Assembly: GCF_006345805.1 (NCBI RefSeq)
Contig: NC_043007.1
Coordinates: 32,178,001-32,242,000 of the forward strand
From: Octopus sinensis
Lineage: Eukaryota
Direction: 5' to 3'
Length of the DNA: 64,000 bases
A program made the position numbers and the translations under genes. Each line of letters opens with the position of its first letter. Position 1 is the first letter of the stretch. Positions 12,364-21,982 of the stretch are shown here, one piece after another. The notes beneath the pieces were generated by a model, which ran no database searches, was not told the origin of the DNA, and saw only the letters and a list, made by a program, of their open reading frames with translations.

Positions 12364-12580
12364 TTAACCCTTCAGCATTTAAACCAGTTGTATCCAGCCA
12401 AAATATTCTACCTGTTTCACATTCAAACTAGCTAGATCCAGCCTTCCACATTTACCCTACAATGTCATTATAATAATAAACAATCACTTCAAAGCAATGA
12501 GATAATGCATGCTTAATTCAAAGCCATATGAATAAATAAGAATTACATTTGACAGAGTAGCCTGAACGGTAAAAGGTTAG
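12364..12580. mobile_element. piggyBac-like MITE (TTAACCC...AGGTTA)
   Basis: TTAACCCTTCAGCATTTAAAC...AAAGGTTAG. Related copies at about 24174-24414 and 7968-8610 (the latter interrupted by a LINE-tail repeat). Confidence 0.6.
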
Positions 12581-12774
12581 ACAAAAAGTTACAGATGTTT
12601 TATGAAACCAGCCCAAATTCTCAAATCTTTTAGAATTCAATTGAAGTCCATAGAGAGTGAATCTAGTTGGAAATATTTGTAATAAGAGGTTAAATGACAA
12701 ACTTCTGTCTGGATATATATGATTTTATTTTCTCATAATTGCTTAAATTGTTCTTTATACTTTCTTTTATTCAG

Positions 12775-12904
12775 ATATGAACCAAAGGAACTTAAATACT
12801 TTCCTCTCAACACGTGTATTTATGGGCCTCCCAAAAGGATACTTAATCCTTTAGTGAAACCTTCAAATGTGGATTCATCTGAAGAAATGGACGATAACCA
12901 AGAT
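12775..12904 (+). CDS. PHF10: PHF10 exon (YEPKELKYFPLNTCIYGPPKRILNPLVKPSNVDSSEEMDDNQD)
   Basis: CAG acceptor and GTAAGT donor, phase 2 to 0; matches YSPDELRYLPLNTALYEPP. Confidence 0.95.
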
Positions 12905-13607
12905 GTAAGTAGATCAATGTTCTTTCTAATTTTGGCACAACGCCAGCAATTTTAGGGGGCAGGGGGTAAGTCAGTTACATCCACCTAAGTGTGCAGCTGG
13001 TACTTATTTTAATAACCCAGAAAGGATGACAAGCAAAGTTTGATCTTGGTGGCATTTGTACAACATAGTGGAAGGAGAATAATTCATTTGCAAGGTTAAA
13101 AATTGTTTCCCTTTGATGAGTTGGGTGATAGGTTTCAGTGCAAATATTATCGATAAAAAATGGAATTATTAAATTACACAGAAAGTAGATTGTAAGAGTA
13201 GAGGAGCATAATAATATGCCACAGTGACTTAAATCAAGTCGCTCTAGGGTGCTGTGTGAATTTGTGTAGTCTGTAAGTTTTCTTGTTACTCTGAGTTTTG
13301 CCCAGTCTAATGCTTATAAACCACCTGTTAAGCTTTTAGCATAAATCATATGCATACTAGCTAGAACTGATGAACTCAATACTATAAGTAATAAAGCTGA
13401 ATACGTAATACATTATAGGAAACCATTAAGTAACATTAATAATATAATTTTAAAAAAAAACTTTGTATAGTAACAAAGCCACAAGTGTGTACATCTGCTA
13501 TACCAAGTGGCCATGGAAAATGCTAAAAGAACTTGATTTAATAAATTCACATTTGTTATAAAACTGCTTTCAAAATTCTAACAATAATAATGTTTTCTTT
13601 ATTAAAG

Positions 13608-13757
13608 GATCAAGCAGATTCTGGTTCCGATGGTGAGAGTAATGACAATGATTCAAGTGATTCTGAAGTTAGCCAGCCTGTAATTCCTCAACCACCTCCT
13701 ACTCCTTCTCCACGGAGAGGCCGGAAAAGTGCTGCAGACCACAAGGACCACAAAGAG
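13608..13757 (+). CDS. PHF10: PHF10 linker exon (acidic Ser patch, Pro run, AT-hook-like PRRGRK)
   Basis: AAG acceptor and GTATTG donor, 150 nt, phase 0 to 0. Confidence 0.88.
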
Positions 13758-14164
13758 GTATTGTCAGTGTGGAGTTTACAGTTCTTCAGCATGTCATTGA
13801 AACCCATAGGATGTCAGTTTAAGATATCTAAGTTGGGTTGATGAACTAAATAACCATATTTCCTTGCCTTATTACAAAAAAAATGCTATTTGTGTATATA
13901 TGAATGAAAAACTATTCTCATAATTTTTAACGAAAATTTTTATTCTGTGTCAGTGCCAAAAATGCTAGTTAAATGTTAATGATACTTAAAAAAGATATTT
14001 TTATCACCTACGTATTTACTAAATAACAAAATGGTTTACAAACTGAAACCTCAGTGATTACAAAATTCAGTATCAATCTTAAATTTACTCTCTACTTTTT
14101 CCCTTAAGCACTTTGGACATAATCCATTGGCAACTTTTCCCCACTGTTCTTGACTTTGGGCTGT

Positions 14165-14408
14165 CTTTCCTCTCCCAAGTCTTGTTGGTTTTGAATTCTC
14201 ATCAATACTTTTGTAACTTAGCTTCTTTTTATAGGAAGGGTTGTTGACCCTATACAAGCCCATTTTTACCTCTGTGAAGAAGAGGTCTATATTAGCCTGG
14301 CCTCTATCCTTTGACCTGTCCAGCATGAGAGGACCTATCAAGAGTTTGCCCTTTGCTGGTATAGTTCACAGGGTTGTTGAAACACACAAAACCATCACTA
14401 CAACAAGG
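14165..14408 (-). mobile_element. RTE-type LINE 5'UTR fragment
   Basis: Homologous to 42872-43108. The minus strand begins CCTTGTTGTAGTG..., like recalled RTE/BovB-type 5' ends. Confidence 0.55.
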
Positions 14409-14575
14409 AGTGAATTTTGTGGTGGCTGCACATTTATAATCAGCCAATAATTTTTTTATCTTGTTAATGAACTTGTTTAATATTTTCACATAGGTTTAAC
14501 ATAACTCTTTTAAAAATAAACACATTCGCTTTTTTCTAAATGAATGCTATAAAGCTATCTTTTTTCTCCAAAAAG

Positions 14576-14678
14576 CATACAAACCAAAAGAAAGACTGCC
14601 GCTTTTGCCATAAGGGCCCCATGAAAGGGCGAAATAGAAAGGACGAGCTTGTCAGCTGTTCTGAATGTGGGTCAACTG
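14576..14678 (+). CDS. PHF10: PHF10 exon, first half of PHD1 (HTNQKKDCRFCHKGPMKGRNRKDELVSCSECGST)
   Basis: AAG acceptor and GTAAGT donor, phase 0 to 1; carries CxxC...CxxC. Confidence 0.93.
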
Positions 14679-14926
14679 GTAAGTTCCAAAAATATTCCTT
14701 ATGTTATGCATGATTTTGGATGCTATAATCATGTCATTTAACAATTTTCTAGTTTTCAAGTATTGAAAAAAGAAAGACTCCAACTACATACCTGCGTGAA
14801 TTTATGAACAATAATCTAAATATTATGGCTATTATCATTATTTTTGCATTTCCTACTGTTGTGTGTTTCACACTAGTATCCAGAAATTTTAACACCTTCA
14901 ACAGACTTTTGTAGTAGTGAAGAAGC

Positions 14927-14956
<30 letters not shown>

Positions 14957-14957
<1 letters not shown>

Positions 14958-15166
14958 TAAAGGGAACAATACATGTATTTAAGCGCTACTAATAGTTTCA
15001 TATGTTGAGAAATATTCATATTTGTCAGGCGCAAACCACATACCATAATGGATTAAAAAATTTTTTTAGTTCATTTTGACATGTGGTTTGCGCCTGAAAA
15101 ATATGTTTGAGTATTTCTCAACATATGAAACTATCAGCGCTTAAATACATGTATTGTGACCTTTAA
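14957..15166. repeat. Imperfect palindrome (about 100-bp arms) between (TA)n tracts; each arm holds a degenerate hammerhead
   Basis: The arms are reverse complements. Minus 14983-15032 reads gcgc-CTGACAA-atatg..catat-GAAAC-tatta-GTA-gcgc. Confidence 0.85.
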
Positions 15167-15225
15167 TCTTTATTTCTCACCAGGTAGAGTACTTTTTTGT
15201 TGAATTTTCTATCACAGAACAGTAC

Positions 15226-15262
<37 letters not shown>

Positions 15263-17100
15263 AAGAGCAGCAGTCGCCCATGGATACCAATAATTAAGAT
15301 TCAGTTCAATTAGGTACTTAAATTGAGGCACCAAGTTAGTCCAGTAAGGTCCACACAGCTTGAAGTTAGGTGAATAAAAAGCAAATAAGTAACAAGGGTG
15401 TCCAGGTATCAGTGCATTGCGGCTGTTCCAAGTGCCTAGTTAAAGAAACATTTAAAAGTAAAATAATTATTATAAGCAAGATTGTATATCTCAGACCAAA
15501 TTGTCCACTAAGCCCTTCCACTTTAAAAACATTGAGTTCTGTTATATAAAAGATTTGGCTGTTCTTTCAAACCATTCAAGAAACTACATAGAGGTTAATT
15601 AATCCTGTCCTCATTAGTTTGAAATATATTTTAGAATTTTGAATTAACTTACACTATCTGAACCTGAATTCTTTTTAGGAAAGAATTTGACAAATATGTC
15701 ATGCCTTTGGTTATTACACTGTAAAATGCAGTAAATAAAGAAATTGTTGTGGTTTATGACAGTCTAATCTTTTGAAATTTATAAGGTGCTTTTGATCAGT
15801 AGTTCCCAATCTGGGGGTCTGTGAACTCCCAGTGGTCCACAAAAGTAGTACTGGGAGTCTGTGTACTAAATTCAAAATGCCATACATATTATATAAGGTG
15901 AGCCTTGCTTCGAGCTGTCTGGATAATACCAGACTGACTTCGTGCTTCAACTTAAGTGCCTAATTCAACTGATTCTCAATTATATATATATATATATATA
16001 TATATATCAGTGGTGTGCAGTGACTTCTGAGGTCGGTCATGCAATAAATACTTGGCACACATGACGGAGACGTAAAAATAAACACACACACACATAAATG
16101 CACACACCCCTTTTTTTTTTTAACAGAAACCAACATTTTCGGCTATGGAGATTCCAATTCTGAAAAAAAAGAATTGGTGAAAATCACAACTTCAAAATTT
16201 CAATTTTCAGCCAAATCTCACAGGAATTTATTGGGTGCAAAAAAATAACTGATAAAATAATGAAAGAAATACATAATCAATCTACTTACCTTTCTACAAA
16301 AATTTCTTTCAGAGAAATTTCCCACAGTAAAATTAGGTATATTGTGACAAATTGTAAAAAAGAGTTTGTCTTATTTCTGCCCTTATATTTTTGGTAACTT
16401 TCAAGTTTCTTTTTATGGAAAAAAAAACCCACTTTCACTTGTAAAAAAAAGAAACAAAACAAAAAGTCAAACCCATTCAACCATCTAGCCTTTCACGTTA
16501 GCAACATCAGTTATAAAGAATTGTTGACAAAGAAGAACTGATAGAAAAGGAGGGGAAGGCAAAACGTGTGTTTTTCTGAAAGCATGCCTTCCATAGTTAT
16601 TTTATCAAGATAAAAGGAATCTTACAGGCATTGAAATGATAGGAAGGGGGGTGGGGTGCAAAAGATTTCCTCTGCGTTTTCCCTTAAGCAAAATAGAAAC
16701 ACAGCAAGGTATCAATCCGGATGGGTTTCCTTTGAAACAAAGTAACTATTTTAGCCCAGTTTCCAATGGTTTGGACAACTTTTCAATCTGGTTATAAATC
16801 CATTACGTTCTTAAATTGATTTTTGAGTTACATAAAAATCAACAAACATGCAATGCATGACTAGCATGTCTCGACTGCATGCCACATATACATACACATA
16901 TGTATATATATGTATGTATATATATATATATATTTAAATGTAAGTGTATTTTTTCAGTGTGTGCGCAAATAACATCATCGTCAAGGAAAAAATAAATAAA
17001 TAGTTACCAGGGTAGCAGAAATTCACATAATTGCCAAGGATATTACAGCCTACTTATAAAGGTAGAAATTCCAAGGTGAACTGAAATGTTTTTGTATAAC

Positions 17101-17308
17101 ATGGATAAATTAAGAAATGGAGTCAAACGCAGGTGTTATTCAAATCATTTATACTTCCAACATATGTTTCAAAGAAAGCATTGAGATTATTCCGGAGGGA
17201 ATAAAAATGATGTAAAACAATGCAATCATCTCATCAGGGAAACATATGTTGGAAGTATGAAGGATTTGAATAACACCTGCGTTTGACTCCACTTCTTAAT
17301 TTATCCAT
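17101..17308. repeat. Fold-back element (about 70-bp arms) with a hammerhead core in its spacer
   Basis: ATGGATAAATTAAGAA...CATATGTTTC is mirrored by GAAACATATG...TTCTTAATTTATCCAT. Confidence 0.9.
17155..17241 (-). ncRNA. Minimal type I hammerhead ribozyme with intact core (Penelope-type)
   Basis: Minus strand: ttcc-CTGATGA-gatgattgcattg...caatgctttcttt-GAAAC-atat-GTT-ggaa. Stem III is the palindrome ACATATGT. Confidence 0.65.
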
Positions 17309-17358
17309 ATATATATATAGGAGAGTATTGTAGTTTGCTTGCAGCATTGTGTATTGTT

Positions 17359-17636
17359 TGTAAAGAATAGAAAGTTTTGAATGGTACAACAATGCACTAT
17401 AATACAGACAATGGGCTTATATACCAGTTGTAATTTAGTCATCCATAGTCTGACGAAAGAAAAGTCATTAGAAAACTGATTGTAGCAGTGACTCCATCTA
17501 AGAATATCTGAAGAAGGAATTTTTATTCCAAAATATCATATCAGACTATGGATGACTAAATTGCAACAGGTATATATAATACATTGTCTGTATTATAGTG
17601 CATTATTGTACCATTAAAAACTTTTTATTTTTTACA
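17359..17636. repeat. Fold-back element (about 95-bp arms) with two CTGANGA hammerhead-like cores in its spacer
   Basis: Arms TGTAAAGAATAG...ATAGTCTGA and TCAGACTAT...TTTTTACA. CTGACGA at 17450; CTGAAGA-A-GGAAT/ATTCC at 17508. Confidence 0.8.
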
Positions 17637-17647
17637 TATATATATAT

Positions 17648-20567
17648 CATCATCATCATCATCATCATCATTTAGCGTCCGTTTTCCATGCTAGCATGGG
17701 TTGGACGGTTCTACTGGGGTCTGTGAAGCCAGAAGGCTTCATCAGGCCCAGTCAAATCTGGCAGTGTTTCTACGGCTGGATGCCCTTCCTAACGCCAACC
17801 ACTCCGTGAGTGTAGTGGGGCTTTAACGTGCCACCCGCACTGGTGCCAGACAGAGCTGGCAAACGGCCACGAACGGATGGTGGTTTTTATGTGCCACCGG
17901 CACGAGGGCCAGGCGAGGCTGGCAACGGACACGAAACGGGGCGGTGCTGGCAACGGTCGCGAAACGGAAAGTTCTCTTACATGCCACCGGCACTGGTAAC
18001 ACATCTGCAATTTCCATTGATCGATTTCCATTGATCGATTTCCATGATCGATTTCGATTTGATCCTCACTTGCCTCAATGGGTCTTCACAAGCAGAGTTT
18101 CGACATGCCACCGGCACTGGTAGGACATCCGCAATTTCCATTGATCGATTTCGATTCTGATCCTCACTTGCCTCAACACGTCTTCACAAGTAGAGTTTTG
18201 TGTCCCAAGAAGGGAAGGTATGCATACGTAGGCTGGCTCCATCCCATGTAGAAGGCCACGGGTTGTGGACTCACTTGTCCTGCCGGGTCTTCTCGCGCAC
18301 AGCACACTTCCAGAGGTCTCGGTCTCTAGTCATTTCATCAGTGAGACCTAAAGTTCGAAGGTCGTGCTTCACCACCTCGTCCCAGGTTTTCCTGGGTCTG
18401 CCTCTTCCACGGGTTCCCTCAACCGCTAGGGTGTGGCACTTTTTCACACAACTATCTTCATCCATTCTCGCCACATGACCATACCAGCGCAAACGTCTCT
18501 CTTGCACACCACAACTGATGCTTCTTAGGTCCAGCTTTTCTCTCAAGGTACTTACACTCTGCCGAGTGTGAGTACCGGCATTACACATCCATCGGAGCAT
18601 ACTGGCTTCATTTCTAGCGAGCTTACGCATATCCTCAGCAGTCACGGCCCATGTTTCACTGCCATGTAGCATGGCTGTTCGTACACACGCATCATACAGT
18701 CTGCCTTTCACTCTGTGCGAGAGGCCTTTTGTCACCAGCAGAGGTAAGAGCTCTCTGAACTTTGCCCAAGCTATTCTTACTCTAGCAGTTACACTTTCAG
18801 CACACCCACCCCCGCTGCTGACTTGGTCACCTAGGTAACGGAAACTATCAACTATTTCTAGTTTTTCTCCCTGGAAAGTGACGGAAGTTGGTCTCAGAGC
18901 ATTTTCAGTGTTTATTGTTCCTGAGCATCTGCCACATACAAAAACCATCTTCCTAGTTAGCCTTCCTTTGACATTGCTGCATCTCTTATGTGTCCATAGC
19001 TTACACTTGGTGCATCTTATAGAGTTTCTACCTACACCTTTTCTACAGATCGAGCAGGGCCATCTACCTGAAGGTGTTTGTGATTTGTCTACCTTCCTAC
19101 TGATTACGACTTTGGTTTTAGCTAGATTGACTCTGAGGCCCTTCGATTCTAATCCTTGTTTCCACACCTGAAACTTCTCCTCCAGTTCTGATAGCGACTC
19201 AGCAATTAGAGCAAGGTCATCAGCATAGAGGAGCTCCCAAGGGCATCCTGTCTTGAATTCCTCCGTTATTGCCTGGAGGACTATGATAAATAGGAGGGGG
19301 CTGAGTACTGAGCTTGGTGGACCCCTACCTCTACCCGGAATTCTTCACTGTACTCATTTCCAACCCTCACCCTACTAGCGGCGTCCCTATACATGGCCCG
19401 CACAGCTCTCACTAACCATTCATCTATCCCTAGTTTTCTCATTGCCCACCAGATAAGGGATCGGGGGACCCTGTCGAAGGCTTTCTCCATGTCAACAAAA
19501 GCCAGGTACAGGGGCTTATCTTTGGCTAGGTATTTCTCCTGCAGCTGCCTTACCAGGAATATAGCATCAGTAGTACTTTTCCCTGGCACAAACCCAAACT
19601 GCATCTCATCTAAACTAACTCTCTCTCTAATTAGTTGGGCTATGACCCTCTCCGTAACCTTCATCATCTGGTCCAACAGCTTGATACCTCTGTAGTTATT
19701 TGTATCTAGGGCATCACCTTTACCTTTGTAGCAGTTGACTATTATACTGCTACACCAGTCATTGGGTATGACCCCTTTGTGTATCACCTGATTAACTATA
19801 TGGGTGACTAGGCTATAGCCGACACTACCAGACATTTTGAGCATCTCTGCAGTGATTCCTGATGGGCCTGGGGCTTTCCCTGTCTTCATGCTTCTAATTG
19901 CCTTAGCTACCACAGAACTATCAACTCGGATAGCTGGTCCCTCTGTTGGGTCAACATTCGGCAGACTCTCTTTATCCCATTCATTTTCTTCATTCAGCAA
20001 CCTTTCATAGTGGCATCTCCAAACCTCTCTCTTCGCATCCTCATTTAGCGCAAGTGAACCATCTTCCATGCGAACACACTTCTCTCCTACCACATCACGA
20101 TTCTCTCTCAAACACTGTCTTGCAACACAAAACACCTCCAGTCTTTGGTCCTCACGGCGCAGAACATTGGCAAATTTTTTCTTATCTGCTTCCCCTCTGG
20201 CTAAATAAACCTGTCTCCTAGCTTCTCTTTTGGCAGTCTGATACAATTCCCTGCTACCCCCATTTTTCCAGACCTTCCAAGCCTGTCTCTTTTCTCTAAT
20301 AGCCCTGTCTACAATATTGTTCCACCACCACGTTATTCTAGGTCGAGAGGGGACTTTGCACCAGCCACAGATCTGGTCAGTGGCTCTCAGCAGGTTGTCC
20401 CTTAGAAACGTCCAGCTGTCTTCTACCCCCTGTGATGCTCTATCCCCTTCTACTTCGTCAGAGGCTTCAAGTAATATGTCCCTAAATCTCTGTCCATTTG
20501 CAGGATCTTTAAGCTTCCAGATCCTTCTTCTCCATATTTGTCGTCTTCTGGTTGTCCTCCTAGTCCT
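17648..20567 (-). mobile_element. 5'-truncated RTE-clade LINE (reverse transcriptase, one frameshift) with 3'UTR and (ATG)n tail
   Basis: ORFs 19281-20594 and 18271-19167 carry KAPGPSGI, NYRGIKLL, QFGF, FVDMEKAFDRV, GVHQ(G)SVLSP with a 1-bp deletion near 19313, LLYADDL near 19220, and RRLRWYGHV..GRGRPRKTW. Inserted in (TA)n. Confidence 0.95.
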
Positions 20568-21600
20568 GATATATATACACACACACACGCGCACATAAGG
20601 ATAAGCATATTAAAAGGGGTCTGTGGGAAAACTCATTTAAATTAAAGGGTTGGGAGCCGTTGCTTTAGATAATTGTTCAAATCAAGATTGTAAAGTTTTT
20701 AAAGGTTTTCTGTAATTGTCAACTTAACTCATTCTCATTATTAATGACTGCAAACAATACTTCCCCTCCCCCTCTACTTTTTAATATTTCAAAGGATTAA
20801 TCAAATGGCAATTAGTCCTTCTGATATCCATAAGGTCGTCTGCAGCAATGAATATTTAAGTGTGGTGGTTTTAGAAATACCTGCTTAACAACTTTACTGT
20901 TTTGTTTGTCACATCATCAGCCCCACCTGCAGTAATATTGATTTCAAAATTTGGCACAAGGCCAGCAATTTAGGTGGAAAGGGATAAGTCGATTACGTTG
21001 CTCAACTGGTACTTATTCTATCAACCCCAAAACGATGAAGGGCAAAGTTGACCTTGGCGGAATTTGAACTCAGAACGTAAAGACAGACGAAACACCACTA
21101 AGCATTTTGCCTGCTGTGCTAATGCTTCTTCCGGCTCACAGTCTTCCACTGGCAGTAATATTGGAACATATTCTGTCGACAATTAGTTGTGATTTCACTC
21201 ACCAATGCATTTAACATGGTCACCTGTCTCGTTGCATTATTATTGTTTGTTTCATACTTCTGTGAAATAGATCATCATCATCATCATCATCATCATTTTA
21301 ATGACCAGTTTTTTGTGCTGGCATGGGTTGAGTGGTTTGACTAGAGCTGGTATGGCCAAGGGTCACACCAGACTCCATTGCCTGTTTTGGCCTGGTTAAT
21401 ACAGCTAGATGCCCTTCCTAATGCCAGAACTTTACAGAGTGTACCGGGTACTTTTTACATGGCACCAGCCCTAGTGATTTTTTCCTTGGCACCATCACTA
21501 GTGCTTTTTGAGTGTTAGAGCATGGTATGTGGGTGGGGGGAGAAGGACGACAGGGCGGAGGCTCTCGTGGTTTAAATATTTTTGTGAAATATATATATAC

Positions 21601-21982
21601 AGGTGCAGGAGTGGCTGTGTGTTAAGAAGCTTGTTTTGTAGTTGCATGGTTCCAGGTTCAGTCCCACTGCATGGCCCCTTGGGCAAGTGTTTTCTGCTAT
21701 AGCATCAGGCCAACCAAATCCTTGTGAGTGGATTTGGTTGATGGAAACTGAAAGAAGCCCATCATATGTGTGTATGTATTTGTGTCTGTTTTTGTGTGTG
21801 TGTGTGTCCCCGTTGCTTGACACCAATGTTGGTGTGTTAACGTCCCCGTAACTTAGTGGTTCGCCAAAAGTGCCCAATAGAATATGTACGAGGCTTACAA
21901 AGAATAAGTCCTGGGGTCAATTTGTTTGACTAAAGGTGGTGCTCCAGCATGGTCACAGTCGGATGGCTAAAACAAGTAAAGA
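21601..21982 (+). mobile_element. tRNA-derived SINE, family A (GGAGTGGCTGTGTGGTAAG...GACTGAAACAAGTAAAAGAG)
   Basis: A- and B-box head with an internal (TA/TG)n tract. Copies at about 23003-23365(+), 30690-31055(-), 38117-38490(+), 41520-41835(-), 45878-46264(+), 48737-48972(+) and 60600-60790(+). Confidence 0.85.

Larger units (their letters stand above)
15797..20662. mobile_element. hAT/Charlie-like MITE split by nested insertions
   Basis: Left end CAGTAGTTCCCAATC, right end GGTTGGGAGCCGTTG; TSD CTTTTGAT/CTTTAGAT. Confidence 0.6.

Noticed and set aside
21601-21680. tRNA-like A- and B-box sequences here and at other SINE heads
   Set aside because: They continue into SINE bodies and do not form full cloverleaves, so they are not tRNA genes.
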